In this document: piece by piece, positions 36,722 through 47,826 of the stretch
How the letters are laid out: every line of letters starts with the position of its first letter
Position numbering within the stretch: the first letter of the stretch is position 1
Source of the DNA: Minisyncoccota bacterium
Lineage (GTDB): Bacteria; Patescibacteriota; Minisyncoccia; Phycocordibacterales; UBA918
Assembly (NCBI GenBank): GCA_040879435.1
Contig: JBBDKG010000012.1
Location: 2,755 to 66,754 of the forward strand
Reading direction: 5' to 3'
Length of the DNA stretch: 64,000 nt
The notes under the pieces: generated by a model
What the model was told of the DNA's origin: nothing
What the model saw: the letters and a program-made list of their open reading frames with translations, nothing else
Database searches by the model: none
Position numbers and translations under genes: made by a program

Positions 36722-38479
36722 TCAGGCTTCTCCGTTAAATAATTCAGGACTGTATCGCGGTTTCCCAAATTCACGGTGAAGTTCTGCCACTTCGCCCATC
36801 AACGTCTCCATTGCAGCTTCATCTCCAGTACGTTCGGCGGCGGCAAGGGTCGTCCGCTTCTCCCTGATGGTTTCCTTCAGCAACAGTTCACGAAGCTCCT
36901 GCAAACGGCCGGCAAGCTCCTCATGACGTTGCAGTGGCCGCATATCGGCAAGCTCGTTCTCGAGCTGAAACACAAGTGGCGAGATGACTTCCGCAGAAAG
37001 CTCGTCACGAACTGCAGTGATCGGTCTCCCGACCGCTGCTTCAAAGGTACGCGATACAACCGCACGCTCTTTCTCCGACAGTAGCGCTTCGGCTGCCACC
37101 ATGTATGCGAGGAGTGCTTCCTTGCGGGTGACCGATGCAGGCGCCTCCGCTTCTTGGTGTGCCGACTGTTCGGTTGCCACTGCCGGACGACGTGCGCGGT
37201 CGCGTTCGAGACGCGCAAGCTCAAGGTGGATCGCGTCGGTCGTTGTATTGAGCGCTTCTGCGACCACTCCCTCAAAGTGCTCACGGTCGATACGACTCTC
37301 GATACGCAGGAGATATGGTACGACCTCATCCCGAGCCCGCAGCTTGAACGTCCGCTCATCCCGCGCTTCTTCCTTCAATACGGCAAGCAGAAACTCGATC
37401 ACATGCGTCGCGTGACCGATAATGTCTTTGAATTGCTTCAAGTCCTTCTCTATGATATCCGCCGGGTCTTCGCCGTTTTGAAGCCGCGCCACCTTCACGT
37501 CCATGCCGCGTGCGAGCATCACATCCGCTCCCCGTTTAACCGCCGCGATACCGGCGCGGTCTGCGTCAAGTGCGAGCACCACGCGGCTTGAAAGTCTTTG
37601 CAAGAGCGCCACGTGGTTTGCGGTGAGTGCGGTGCCGGACACCGCGACTGCGTTGGTGTATCCCGCCTGGTGTGCGAGCACCACATCGAACTGCCCTTCC
37701 ACGATGAGAGAGAAATCATACTGGCGAATACCATGCTTGGCCTTGTCGTATCCGAATAAGACAGATGATTTATCGAAAAGCTCAGTCTCCGGCGAGTTCA
37801 CATACTTCGGCGCATCGCTGTCCTTGCTGAGAATGCGCCCTGAGAACGCCACAATACGGCCGGACGGATCACAGATCGGGAACATTATGCGGTCACGGAA
37901 TACATCATACGGTGCCTTCCCTGCGTCAGCCGATTTAATAAGTCCTGCCTTCTGCATCTCCGCGTCACTAAAACCCTTGTGTGCAAGGTGTTCACGAAGA
38001 TCACGCCAGCCGTGTTCCGGCGGTCCGGGTGCATACCCGATGCGCCACGCGCCGATCGTTGACGGCTTCACACCGCGGTCCTTGAGATACCTGCCCGCCT
38101 CTTCCTTCTTGAGGAGGTACGACGAATAGAACTTCGCTGCCTCGTCGATGAGTGCATACTGTTGGTCGCGTTCGTTCCGCTTCTTCGGATCCTCCGGGAC
38201 CAGCTCGACACCGGCCTTCTCGGCAAGGATCTTGAGCGCCCCTTTGAAGTCGACTCCTTCCATCTTCTCGACGAACGTGAAGATATCGCCGCCTTGTGAC
38301 GAGGAGAAGCAGTAGTACATGCCACGGTCAGGTGAGACGTAGAAGGAAGGGGTCTTTTCGTTCGTGAACGGTGACTTGCCCTTATAGTTCTTACCCGCTT
38401 TGTGGAGCTCCACGTACGGCGCGACAACATCCACGATCGACAATCGTTCCTTGATCTTTTCTACTGCATCGGAGGCCAT
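36722..38479 (-). CDS. dnaG: DNA primase DnaG with a degenerate zinc-ribbon
   Basis: TOPRIM region and the N-terminal NEKTPSF motif. Three of the four Zn ligands of the CHC2 finger are replaced: S-P-F-T for CPFH and CFSSSQ for CFGCG. Confidence 0.85.
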   Translation of the reverse strand: MASDAVEKIKERLSIVDVVAPYVELHKAGKNYKGKSPFTNEKTPSFYVSPDRGMYYCFSSSQGGDIFTFVEKMEGVDFKGALKILAEKAGVELVPEDPKKRNERDQQYALIDEAAKFYSSYLLKKEEAGRYLKDRGVKPSTIGAWRIGYAPGPPEHGWRDLREHLAHKGFSDAEMQKAGLIKSADAGKAPYDVFRDRIMFPICDPSGRIVAFSGRILSKDSDAPKYVNSPETELFDKSSVLFGYDKAKHGIRQYDFSLIVEGQFDVVLAHQAGYTNAVAVSGTALTANHVALLQRLSSRVVLALDADRAGIAAVKRGADVMLARGMDVKVARLQNGEDPADIIEKDLKQFKDIIGHATHVIEFLLAVLKEEARDERTFKLRARDEVVPYLLRIESRIDREHFEGVVAEALNTTTDAIHLELARLERDRARRPAVATEQSAHQEAEAPASVTRKEALLAYMVAAEALLSEKERAVVSRTFEAAVGRPITAVRDELSAEVISPLVFQLENELADMRPLQRHEELAGRLQELRELLLKETIREKRTTLAAAERTGDEAAMETLMGEVAELHREFGKPRYSPELFNGEA

Positions 38480-38580
38480 ATTCGTACCCGTATTGTACCC
38501 GATTCAGCGGTGTTTTGCTGAGCTATTGACATACGCATATAAATATGCTGTTATTGAATTAACCAAGAACGGAGGCAGAA

Positions 38581-38775
38581 ATGTTCATTGAGCTCTGGAT
38601 ACTGTGTTCTTTCATCGCTTTCGGGGCAGTTGTTTACGCTGCTCTGCGAGACGAAATGTTCAGGAATGCTGGAGTTGTTGCCAAGGTCTGTGTGGTTGTT
38701 GGTGCAACTCTCCTCGGCCCTCTCACCATCGGCGTCATTTTTGCCGATATTGCAGACAGAAGGAAGGGTGAATAA
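38581..38775 (+). CDS. small membrane protein (64 aa)
   Basis: SD GGAGG 7 nt upstream. Two hydrophobic helices. A T-tract follows. Confidence 0.4.
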   Translation: MFIELWILCSFIAFGAVVYAALRDEMFRNAGVVAKVCVVVGATLLGPLTIGVIFADIADRRKGE

Positions 38776-38787
38776 ACATCCCCCCTC

Positions 38788-38829
38788 CCCCGACGAAACC
38801 CTAGCGGTGACGCCGGGGTTTTGTTTTTC
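38788..38829 (+). terminator. probable intrinsic terminator
   Basis: Imperfect stem ccccgacg/cgccgggg followed by ttttgtttttc. Confidence 0.4.
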
Positions 38830-38845
38830 TAAAAAAACTCATAGG

Positions 38846-38878
38846 GCATGGAAAACGGCGGCCCTAAGGGGCCGCCGT
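38846..38878 (-). terminator. intrinsic terminator
   Basis: Perfect 10-bp stem acggcggccc/gggccgccgt with loop taag. The minus strand continues ttttccatg. Confidence 0.65.
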
Positions 38879-38893
38879 AGCAACTGAAGAACG

Positions 38894-39658
38894 TCAGGCG
38901 AATGCCGGCCACTGGGACTTCACCCAGCGCGCAAGCATGCGGAACACGAACGCGAGACCGAGACCAACTGTAGCACTGATCGCCATCACCCAGATCGTCT
39001 GGGTGGTAAGGGCACCGATCAAGACCCCGACTGCCGCGTAGAAGAAACAATCGAGTGCGTCGTTTGAATGGACGCGGACGAACAGCGCGACCAGGAACCG
39101 ACCAATCGTCGGAAGAGCGCGGACGAACATGACCACGCCAAGTCCGATGAGACACGCGACGCCGATCGGACTGACACCCAGGACCACATCCCGTTTCTTG
39201 CGTGCGACGGTATTGATCCGCAGTACGCTCGTACGCCCCTTCCGACTTCCTAGATGGTCGGAAGAAATCGCCCACAACCAGCCAAACACGAGGAACGCGC
39301 CGGCGACGCCTGCTGAACCCATGACAGCATGCGAGAGCATGATATCGGTTCTCCAGAGCATGATGCCAGCCATCACCACCAGCGCGTTGAGCGCAAAGGA
39401 TGCTGCGGCCGCTGCGCACCAGAAAATGTATGTTGCCCAGGCCCAGTACCGCTCGGTGTCTGGTCTCCAGCTGGAAACTGACTTCCATACTGCCGGTGTC
39501 TGCCGCTTGATGTCATGCCAGGCGTAGACCAGCCAGCCAGCAATTCCACCTGCCGGCCCGCCCACGAAATACCAGCCAGCTGCTTCGGCAAGCACATGGA
39601 CGATTGCGCCCCCAATGAGCGCGCCGCAGAAGATCGCAAAATATACTCGTCCGTTCAT
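38894..39658 (-). CDS. polytopic membrane protein of unknown function
   Basis: About 7 hydrophobic helices. Start placed at MNGRVYF, which has AAAGGGAG upstream. Confidence 0.5.
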   Translation of the reverse strand: MNGRVYFAIFCGALIGGAIVHVLAEAAGWYFVGGPAGGIAGWLVYAWHDIKRQTPAVWKSVSSWRPDTERYWAWATYIFWCAAAAASFALNALVVMAGIMLWRTDIMLSHAVMGSAGVAGAFLVFGWLWAISSDHLGSRKGRTSVLRINTVARKKRDVVLGVSPIGVACLIGLGVVMFVRALPTIGRFLVALFVRVHSNDALDCFFYAAVGVLIGALTTQTIWVMAISATVGLGLAFVFRMLARWVKSQWPAFA

Positions 39659-39740
39659 GGTCTTTCTCCCTTTCAATGCCCTTATTGGGCAACAAAACTT
39701 ATGAGACTATGCCATAGTTCAACTTTGGAATCAAGATAAC

Positions 39741-39777
39741 GCAAAACAGCCGGCATCACGCCGGCTGTTTTGGTTCG
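39741..39777. terminator. intrinsic terminator downstream of rpoC
   Basis: 11-bp stem aaacagccggc/gccggctgttt with loop atcac. T-rich flanks on both strands. Confidence 0.65.
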
Positions 39778-39787
39778 TTGTATAAAT

Positions 39788-42700
39788 CTATTCGCTCTCG
39801 GCAATGGTTTTGATCATCTCGTGCTTGTTTGAACCTGGGAACCCAGTTCCTGCAGGGATCAAACGTCCGATAATGACATTCTCCATAAGGCCGGTGAGGT
39901 TGTCCTCACTTCCCTTCACCGCAGCGTTGATGAGAACGCGTGTCGTGTTCTGGAATGAAGCTGCAGAGAGGAAACTCTTTCGTGTGAGTGAGGTCTCGGT
40001 GATACCAAGGATAAGCTTCTCCGCCTTTGCAGGCTCCTTGCCTTCAGCCTTCATCTTTTCATTCTCCTCCACGAAGATCCATTCCTCCACCACTTCACCT
40101 ACCGTGAAGCGTGCGTCGCCGTTATCGGTCACCTTCACACGGCTCATCATCTGCTTGACGATAAGTTCAATGTGCTTGCGCGCGATGGTCACACCCTGCA
40201 ACTCGTAGATCTTATTGATCTCAGAGATGATGTAGTCCTGAGTGAGCTCACGGCCGCCATACTTGAAGAGCTCCGGAAGGTGCGCCGAACCATCAGTGAG
40301 TAGCTGACCTTCGGTCACTGACTCACCCTTCGCAACGGTCATCACACGACGATAATGCACTGGATACTCGAGGTTGTCTGAGGTCTTCTTTGCATACTTC
40401 GCACCCTTCTCAGGTGTGACGACGATGATGCGGTCACGACCGTCACGTTTGATCTCGGTCACGATACCATTGGTTTTCGATACGGCCGCCGGGATCTTCG
40501 GCTGACGCTTCTCGAACACCTCTTCCACTCGTGGAAGACCCGAGGTCACGTCACCACCAACCGACGCGGCACCACCGGCGTGCTTCGTGTTCATAGTGAG
40601 CTGTGTACCCGGCTCACCGATCGCCTGTGCGGCGATGGTTCCAACCGCTTCACCGATATCGATGAGCTTGTTGCTCGCGAGGTCGACGCCGTAGCACTGC
40701 TGACACACTCCACGAAGCGTCTTGCAGGTCATTGGTGAACGCACCACCACGGACTCCGCGGTCGTACCCTCGATCGCAAGCGCGTCGCGGCGTGAAAGCA
40801 GATGTCCTTTCTTGAAGAGTACCGTACCCTTGGCATCAACCGCATCCTCAACGAGCACTCGTCCTTTGATCGCCTTTGAGAACGCGATCTCGATACCGGA
40901 CGCGGACACACGGCCGATTCGTGTTCCCTGCTTTGTCTTGCAGTCTGCTTCGGTCACGATAGCATCCTGCGCCACCACGAAGAGTCGGCGGGTAAGGTAG
41001 CCGGCCTTTGCGGTCTGGAGCGCCGTGTCAGCAAGCCCCTTACGCGAACCGTGCGTGGTGTTGAAGTACTCGATCGGGCTCATACCCTCCTTCATCGAGG
41101 AAAGGACCGGGAACTCGAGCGTTTCACCGCGAGTGTTCACGATGAGACCCTTCATACCGATCATCTGCGCGATCTGCCGGACGCTACCACGCGCTCCTGA
41201 CTTCCAGAGATCGTAGGCTGAACCGTTGGTGTCCATGCGCAGAGGGATGATCTCCTCGAGCTCTGACTTGGCTCGCAGCCAGATCTCCACGATGTGCCGG
41301 CGGCGTTCGTCGCGTGCCAAGAGACCCTGTTCGAAGTGATCACGTACCACCAGTTCTTCTGCACGCGCCTTATCAAGGATCGCCTGCTTCTCGACCGGTA
41401 CGGTCACGTCATCGATTCCCCATGTGGTACCTGAGTGGGTTGCATACTTGAAACCGAACTTCTTGATCTTGTTCACCACACCTGGTACCACGTCCACTCC
41501 CTGGTCGTCGATCAGGTCGATGACGATACCAAAGAGGTCACGCTGGGTCACCACGTTGTTGATGTATGGGTGCTCTGAAGGGAGTACGCTGTTAAAGAGG
41601 AGACGCCCCACCGTTGTCTCAAACACCTTCCCTTCGAACTGTGAGTATTTCGCAGTGTCGGTAGCAAGGACCTTAATGGTGGCGCGGAAGTCCACGAGAC
41701 CATAGTCGTACGCGTTAATCGCATCGTTCGGAGACGAGAACCACTTCCCTTCACCCTTCGCGCCTTCGATAACCTTTGTCATCCAGTACGCACCGAGCGC
41801 CATATCCATCAAGGATTCAGACACAACCGGCTCCGAGCTTCCCGGCTTCAGTACGTTCTTGTTCGCTGAGATGATCTCGCGCGCCTCCATCTGCGCCTCT
41901 TCTGAAAGCGGTACGTGTACCGCCATCTGGTCACCGTCGAAGTCGGCGTTGAACGCACGGCACACAAGCGGGTGCACCTGGATCGCATTGCCTTCAATCA
42001 AGACCGGGCGGAACGCCTGGATACCCTGACGGTGGAGTGTCGGTGCACGGTTGAGAAGCACGTGCTTGTCCTTGATCACATCCTCAAGAATTGCCCATAC
42101 TTCAGGCACTCCGTCCTCGATGAGACGACCTGCACCACGAATGTTGTATGCAAGCTCCTGACGAAGCAGCTCAGAGATCACGAACGGGCGGAAGAGCTCA
42201 AGCACCATGTGCTTCGGGAGACCGCACTGGTCGAGATCGAGGTCCGGACCGATGACGATCACTGAACGACCGGAGTAGTCAACACGCTTTCCGAGCAGGT
42301 TCTGGCGAAAGTATCCCTGCTTCGATTTGAGGTAGTCAGCAAGACTCTTCAGTGGTCGGCGCTGCGCCTGGCTCATCGCCGAGTACGCCGCGTTCCCATG
42401 ACGGATCGAGTTGTCGATCAACGCATCGACCGCTTCCTGCAGGATACGCTTCTCGTTTCGCAGAATCACATCCGGTGCCATGATATCGATCAACTTCTTC
42501 AGACGATTGTTTCGGTTGATCACCCGACGGTAGAGGTCGTTGAGGTCTGATGACGCGTGTCGGCCACCTTCAAGCGCGACCATTGGACGGAGTGCCGGTG
42601 GGATCACCGGGATACGTGTCAGGAACATCCACTCAGGACGGATCTCTGAGTGAGCCATACCGCGGATGAGTGTCAGCCGCTTATCAAGCTTCGTGCGTTC

Positions 42701-43480
42701 TGCAGCACCCGCCTTCTCCCGCTGTTCTTCAAGCTCTGCCTGAAGCTTCACAAGGTCAAGGTTCTTGAAGAGTTCGTATACCGACTCCGCACCGATCTTC
42801 GCCTCGAAGAGCGTCGAATACTTCATTGAGAACTTGTGGAAATTGTTCTCCTCGAGTACGACACCCTGCTTGATGCTTTCGATCTCACGCTTGGAGTCAT
42901 CCATGCGCTTCTTGAGCTCCTCACGCGCATCGTCGTTTTGAAGCTCCTTGAGCTTGGTCTTGTATTCGTTTGCGAGTTCCGCAAGGAGTCGTGCACGCTC
43001 GCTCTCTGACACTTTCGTAACAATGTATCCGGCGAAGTAGATCACCTTTTCGATGTCCGTCGCCGTGATGCCGAGGATGAGAGCGATTCGGCTTGGTACG
43101 CCGCGAAGGAACCAGATGTGTGAGACAGGGACGCAGAGCTCGATGTGGCCCATGCGATCGCGTCGTACGATCGAACGGGTGATCTCCACCCCACACTTCT
43201 CACACGTAATGCCTTTGTACCGGATACCCCGGTACTTCTTGCAGGCACATTCATAGTCCTCTACCGGACCGAAGATCCGTTCGTCGAAGAGACCGTGCTT
43301 TTCCGGTCGCTGGGTACGGTAGTTGATCGTTTCCGGCTTGGTCACCTCACCCTTTGACCACTCGAGGATTCGATCCGGCGAAGCAAGCTTCAGCGAAAGC
43401 GAAGAGAACTGCTGCGGCATATTGCGCGGGCGGTCTTTGCCGAATCGTCGTCCTGGTGCTGATGTATTTTGTGTTTCCAT
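39788..43480 (-). CDS. rpoC: DNA-directed RNA polymerase subunit beta'
   Basis: 1230 aa. The [12 protein letters not shown] catalytic motif and the zinc-binding CEKCGVEIT region are present. Confidence 0.97.
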   Translation of the reverse strand: METQNTSAPGRRFGKDRPRNMPQQFSSLSLKLASPDRILEWSKGEVTKPETINYRTQRPEKHGLFDERIFGPVEDYECACKKYRGIRYKGITCEKCGVEITRSIVRRDRMGHIELCVPVSHIWFLRGVPSRIALILGITATDIEKVIYFAGYIVTKVSESERARLLAELANEYKTKLKELQNDDAREELKKRMDDSKREIESIKQGVVLEENNFHKFSMKYSTLFEAKIGAESVYELFKNLDLVKLQAELEEQREKAGAAERTKLDKRLTLIRGMAHSEIRPEWMFLTRIPVIPPALRPMVALEGGRHASSDLNDLYRRVINRNNRLKKLIDIMAPDVILRNEKRILQEAVDALIDNSIRHGNAAYSAMSQAQRRPLKSLADYLKSKQGYFRQNLLGKRVDYSGRSVIVIGPDLDLDQCGLPKHMVLELFRPFVISELLRQELAYNIRGAGRLIEDGVPEVWAILEDVIKDKHVLLNRAPTLHRQGIQAFRPVLIEGNAIQVHPLVCRAFNADFDGDQMAVHVPLSEEAQMEAREIISANKNVLKPGSSEPVVSESLMDMALGAYWMTKVIEGAKGEGKWFSSPNDAINAYDYGLVDFRATIKVLATDTAKYSQFEGKVFETTVGRLLFNSVLPSEHPYINNVVTQRDLFGIVIDLIDDQGVDVVPGVVNKIKKFGFKYATHSGTTWGIDDVTVPVEKQAILDKARAEELVVRDHFEQGLLARDERRRHIVEIWLRAKSELEEIIPLRMDTNGSAYDLWKSGARGSVRQIAQMIGMKGLIVNTRGETLEFPVLSSMKEGMSPIEYFNTTHGSRKGLADTALQTAKAGYLTRRLFVVAQDAIVTEADCKTKQGTRIGRVSASGIEIAFSKAIKGRVLVEDAVDAKGTVLFKKGHLLSRRDALAIEGTTAESVVVRSPMTCKTLRGVCQQCYGVDLASNKLIDIGEAVGTIAAQAIGEPGTQLTMNTKHAGGAASVGGDVTSGLPRVEEVFEKRQPKIPAAVSKTNGIVTEIKRDGRDRIIVVTPEKGAKYAKKTSDNLEYPVHYRRVMTVAKGESVTEGQLLTDGSAHLPELFKYGGRELTQDYIISEINKIYELQGVTIARKHIELIVKQMMSRVKVTDNGDARFTVGEVVEEWIFVEENEKMKAEGKEPAKAEKLILGITETSLTRKSFLSAASFQNTTRVLINAAVKGSEDNLTGLMENVIIGRLIPAGTGFPGSNKHEMIKTIAESE

Positions 43481-43506
43481 ACTAATGTTTGAAATGAGTG
43501 AGGCTA

Positions 43507-46500
43507 CTAAGCGGTTTCAGTGCGAGGTGTTCGTGTGCGAACAGCTTCTCCGACCGGGTCATGCTCGAGTGCAACGTCGAGTGAGAGACCACGAAGCTGA
43601 TTAAGGAGCACGTTGAAGGCAGCCGGCGTATGCGGATGACTGATCCGCTCACCGCGTACGATCGCATCGAATGCGGCCGAACGACCGACAATGTCGTCCG
43701 ACTTGATGGTGAGCATCTCACGGAGCGTGTATGCCGCGCCGTATCCGAGAAGTGCCCACACCTCCATTTCTCCGAACCGCTGTCCACCGACCTGCGCCTT
43801 TCCGCCGAGTGGCTGCTGTGTGATGAGTGAGTACGGACCGATTGAACGCATGTGGATCTTGTCTTCCACCATGTGGTGGAGCTTGAGGATATACATATAT
43901 CCAAGCGCAGTCTTCTGCGCGAACTCTTCACCGGAACGACCGTCACGGAGCTGCATCTTGCCGTCCTCCGGCAAACCAGCCTCCTTAAGTTCTGCTTTGA
44001 TGTCCGCCTCATTCGCACCGCCGAATGGGGGAACGATCGCCTGGTACCCCAGCGTATTGGCTGCCATACCGAGGTGGAGCTCGAGGATCTGACCGAGGTT
44101 CATACGACTCGGAACGCCGAGTGGTGTGAGAAGGATGTCGATCGGACGTCCGTCCTCGGTGAACGGCATGTCCTCTTCCGGAAGGATGCGTGAAATCACA
44201 CCCTTGTTTCCATGTCGACCGGCGAGCTTGTCACCGACCGAGATGTTGCGGACCTGCGCGACGGTGATGTGGATACGCTTAATGACACCACTCTCGAGAT
44301 GGTCACCGTTCTCTCGCGAGAAGATCTTCACACCGATAACACGACCACGCTTTCCTGCTTCCAGCCGAAGCGAGGTGTCCTTCACATCCTTCGCCTTCTC
44401 ACCGAAGATCGAACGGAGTAGTCGCTCTTCAGGTGTGAGCTGTGTTTCTCCCTTTGGCGTCACCTTTCCAACTAAGATATCCCCCGGACGAACCTCAGCA
44501 CCAATGCGGATGATACCGCTCTCGTCGAGATTGCGGAGCTTCAGCTCAGACACGTTCGGAATGTCCGGCGTCGTCACTTCAGGACCAAGCTTCGTGTCCC
44601 GCACTGATACGTCGAGCTCATCCATATGAATGGATGCGAACTTGCTCTGCTTGACGAGTCGCTCCGAGATAATGATCGCGTCCTCGTAGTTCGCACCGTT
44701 CCAACTCATGAAGGCAACGAGTGCGTTCTGCCCTACCGCCATCTGACCGTTGTCTGTTGATGAGGTGTCGGCCAGGAGGTCACCACGCTTCACCTTGTCG
44801 CCCACAGTTACTGCCGGGCGATGGTAGAACGCAGAGAAATCATTGGTACGTTCAAAGTTCGTGAGTTCATACTCACGCTTCTTGCCCTCCTTGTTCTTGA
44901 CGACGATACGCTTGGCGTCAGCCGTGATGACCTCGCCGGCCTCAGCCGCAATGATCACGCGGCCGGTGTCCCGTGCTGCCAGTTTCTCAACGCCGGTTGC
45001 AACGAGCGGTGCCTCCTGAATCACACAAGGCGTCGCCTGCTTCTGCATGTTCGATCCCATGAGCGTACGGTTCGCGTCGTCGTGGTTGAGGAATGGAATC
45101 ATCGAGGTTGCGACCGAGAACGCCTGGTTGGTCGCCACGTCCATATAGTCAACCTCCTTTGGGTCGATCACACGAGGCTCTCCGTTCTTGCGCACTTCGA
45201 TAAGGTCGGACTTGATCTTCCCTTTCTCGTCGATCTCAACTGCAGCGTGCGCGATGTTAAATCGTTCTTCTTCGTGTGCGTTCAGGTACACGATCTCGTC
45301 GGTCACCACACCTTTACTCACCTTCACATACGGTGACTCGATGATACCGAAACGGTTCACACGAGCATACATGGAGAGACGAAGGATGAGGCCGATGTTC
45401 GGTCCTTCAGGTGTGTGGATCGGACAGAGTCGGCCATAGTGGCTGGTGTGGACGTCACGCACCTCAAAGCCGGCGCGCTCACGGGTGAGACCGCCCGGAC
45501 CGAGCGCTGAGAGTGTACGAAGTCCCTCGAGCTCTGCAAGGATGTTCTGCTGCGGACCAAACTGCGAGAGCTGGTTCGTGGTGAAGAACTCCTTGATGGC
45601 AGCCTGCAGTGGGCGTGGGTTGATGATCTGCGTCGGGAGACTGGTCTCAGACTCGATCGTGGACATACGGTCCTGGATATTCCGCTTCATGCGGGTCATA
45701 CCAACACGAACACGCTGCTGGAGCATTTCACCAAAGTATCGCACGCGACGGAATCCGAGGTGGTCGATGTCGTCAGGAAGCGATCCCGGAGTGTTGTTGC
45801 ACTCCATGATACGCGAGAGAATGAGTTTGAGGTCCTCAACAGAGACGGTCCGTTCATCGAGTGCCTTCTTTTCGAGTGAACGACTGAATCGTTCATTAAA
45901 ATGATGACGGCCGATCTCAGAGAGGTCGTATCGCTCAGGAGCAAAGAGTGAATTGACGAATTCACGGGCGCTGTCGACCGTTGCAAGGTCCCCGTCACGA
46001 AGTCGCTTATATATCTCAACATACGAGTCGTCGGTCGAGTGCGCCGGATCCTTCTCGAGAGTTGTCTTGAGGTACGCTTCCGCATGCGGCACACCCTTGA
46101 AGAGTGCGAGCATCTCCTTTTCGGTCTCAACTCCGAGCACACGAAGGAGTGAGGTGATCGGAAACTTCTTCTTGCGGTCGATCTTTACGTAGATGACACC
46201 ATCGTGTTCTGATTCGATCTCAACCCACGCACCACGTGCCGGGATGATCTTCGCACCAAAGTATGTCTTTCCTTTTTGCTCCTGCGCGGTGAAGAAGATA
46301 CCGTACGAGCGGGCGAGCTGCGGAACAATGACGCGCTCGACACCGTTGATGATGAAGGTGCCGTGCTCGGTCATCGCAGGAATGTCCGCAAGAAAGATCT
46401 CCTGTTCCTTCTGACTATCGAAGGTCTTGTTCTTGAGAATGATGTGCGCCGAGAGCGGTGCGTCATAGGTGAGCTTGTTCTCTTTTGCAAAGGCCGGCGT

Positions 46501-46794
46501 GGTTTTCGGCTTGCCAAGTTCATACTTCTTGAACTGGAGTTCAAACTTCTTGTCCGAATAGTCCGCGATCGGTGAGAACTCTTTAAAGATATCCTTCAGT
46601 CCTTCCTCAACGAACCACTTGAAGGATACGTGTTGCGGTTCGATCAGGTCTGGCAGGTCGACGCGCGGCGCGCCGAACTTGGCGAACGTTCGTTCCGGAA
46701 GATTTCCGACGGAAACTCCCGACATCAGTGCCTCGTTCAGTTTTGTATCGATTGACTTACTCATGACGTAGTACTCATTACCCCCAAACCGCAA
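43507..46794 (-). CDS. rpoB: DNA-directed RNA polymerase subunit beta
   Basis: 1095 aa. Conserved beta-subunit blocks (GPNIGLI.., NMQRQAVP-like, GGQRFGEMEVWAL). It sits 26 nt upstream of rpoC. Confidence 0.97.
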   Translation of the reverse strand: MRFGGNEYYVMSKSIDTKLNEALMSGVSVGNLPERTFAKFGAPRVDLPDLIEPQHVSFKWFVEEGLKDIFKEFSPIADYSDKKFELQFKKYELGKPKTTPAFAKENKLTYDAPLSAHIILKNKTFDSQKEQEIFLADIPAMTEHGTFIINGVERVIVPQLARSYGIFFTAQEQKGKTYFGAKIIPARGAWVEIESEHDGVIYVKIDRKKKFPITSLLRVLGVETEKEMLALFKGVPHAEAYLKTTLEKDPAHSTDDSYVEIYKRLRDGDLATVDSAREFVNSLFAPERYDLSEIGRHHFNERFSRSLEKKALDERTVSVEDLKLILSRIMECNNTPGSLPDDIDHLGFRRVRYFGEMLQQRVRVGMTRMKRNIQDRMSTIESETSLPTQIINPRPLQAAIKEFFTTNQLSQFGPQQNILAELEGLRTLSALGPGGLTRERAGFEVRDVHTSHYGRLCPIHTPEGPNIGLILRLSMYARVNRFGIIESPYVKVSKGVVTDEIVYLNAHEEERFNIAHAAVEIDEKGKIKSDLIEVRKNGEPRVIDPKEVDYMDVATNQAFSVATSMIPFLNHDDANRTLMGSNMQKQATPCVIQEAPLVATGVEKLAARDTGRVIIAAEAGEVITADAKRIVVKNKEGKKREYELTNFERTNDFSAFYHRPAVTVGDKVKRGDLLADTSSTDNGQMAVGQNALVAFMSWNGANYEDAIIISERLVKQSKFASIHMDELDVSVRDTKLGPEVTTPDIPNVSELKLRNLDESGIIRIGAEVRPGDILVGKVTPKGETQLTPEERLLRSIFGEKAKDVKDTSLRLEAGKRGRVIGVKIFSRENGDHLESGVIKRIHITVAQVRNISVGDKLAGRHGNKGVISRILPEEDMPFTEDGRPIDILLTPLGVPSRMNLGQILELHLGMAANTLGYQAIVPPFGGANEADIKAELKEAGLPEDGKMQLRDGRSGEEFAQKTALGYMYILKLHHMVEDKIHMRSIGPYSLITQQPLGGKAQVGGQRFGEMEVWALLGYGAAYTLREMLTIKSDDIVGRSAAFDAIVRGERISHPHTPAAFNVLLNQLRGLSLDVALEHDPVGEAVRTRTPRTETA

Positions 46795-47036
46795 ACGAAA
46801 AGACAGCGCACAAAAGCGCCTCTGCCGACATAGTTTGCGGTTATGCTTTTAAATAGAATTGCATCACAACCCCCGTGAAGTTGACGTGTACCTGAACACC
46901 CCTTTCAGGAACACCGCTATTCCGCATTTATTTCAGACGCACCGGTTCCGATACTATAAAAAGAAGATGGAACTGTATGCGCCTTGTTAATCTTTGCACC
47001 CGGGACTCAATCGAGATCAAAATTGCGTTGCGGGGA

Positions 47037-47064
47037 GTATAGCAGAAAACAGAGATTCGTCAAT
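47037..47064 (-). promoter_or_regulatory. sigma70 promoter TTGACG-16-TGcTATACT upstream of rpoB; roughly 235-nt leader
   Basis: On the minus strand: cattgacgaatctctgttttctgctatactcc. Confidence 0.4.
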
Positions 47065-47136
47065 GCTATCAACTGTTTACCAATATGAAGATGCTGTTAA
47101 AATGAAGTGAGCCACAGCAACCATGAGGGATTGGTG

Positions 47137-47802
47137 ATGCATAGCTTGAAAAAGGCCTTGTCCATCTTCCCTGCACGGTTGGTGGAAATATTCAACTTTG
47201 TCGTTCTTTACAACGAGTTCAGATACAAGCGTCGTGCGATCTACACGGTCAAGGACACCAAGGGTGAGCCGCTTGGCGAACACACGGACCAGATCGCCAT
47301 GGCGGCCATGTTCATTCGGGACCGGTTCCTGCCACATCTGAACGCAGAGAAGGTCCTGCGGTACGCATTACTCCACGACCTTGTGGAGGTGTATGGCGGA
47401 GACACGCCGGCCTTTCCTGATAAGGACGGCGCATTCGGTCTCGATGTCGTCGTCGACCACACGACGAAAAAAGAACGCGAGCACAAGGCGCTCGAACGAC
47501 TGAAGCGTGAACTGGACTGGCCCGAAGCGTTCGCGACGATCGAGACGTATGAGCAGAAAGCGGACGAGGAAAGCCGCTTCGTCTACGCACTCGACAAGTT
47601 CATTGCGGACCTGAATATCTTCGAGGACGGCGGTCGGACGAACCGTGTGCTTAAGGTAACGTACGAGGAAAAGTTGGAGTATAAGTGGCACAAGATCGCA
47701 GAACATCCCTTCCTACTCGACCTATATGGCGAGTTCTGTAGGTACTGCAAAGAACACGAGTCCGAACTGTATTTCCAGCCAACAGAGACGGCCGCCGAAT
47801 GA
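47137..47802 (+). CDS. HD-domain 5'-deoxynucleotidase, YfbR-like
   Basis: HDLVEVYGGDTP and ALDKF motifs of the HD_3/YfbR family. Start placed at the ATG with GAGGG 8 nt upstream. Confidence 0.65.
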   Translation: MHSLKKALSIFPARLVEIFNFVVLYNEFRYKRRAIYTVKDTKGEPLGEHTDQIAMAAMFIRDRFLPHLNAEKVLRYALLHDLVEVYGGDTPAFPDKDGAFGLDVVVDHTTKKEREHKALERLKRELDWPEAFATIETYEQKADEESRFVYALDKFIADLNIFEDGGRTNRVLKVTYEEKLEYKWHKIAEHPFLLDLYGEFCRYCKEHESELYFQPTETAAE

Positions 47803-47826
47803 ATCGGCGGCCGTGTTTCTATTTCT
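47788..47826 (+). terminator. intrinsic terminator overlapping the stop codon
   Basis: 11-bp stem acggccgccga/tcggcggccgt with the TGA in the loop, then gtttctatttctg. Confidence 0.65.

Noticed and set aside
35391-38430. Arg/Ser-rich antisense ORFs (for example 35391-36242 and 38068-38430) across rpoD and dnaG
   Set aside because: The products are low-complexity (RS repeats), which is characteristic of reading GC-rich coding DNA in the wrong frame.
39804-46575. Numerous 60-170-aa ORFs on both strands within rpoC and rpoB
   Set aside because: They lie inside two genes that are conserved along their whole length. No independent signals.
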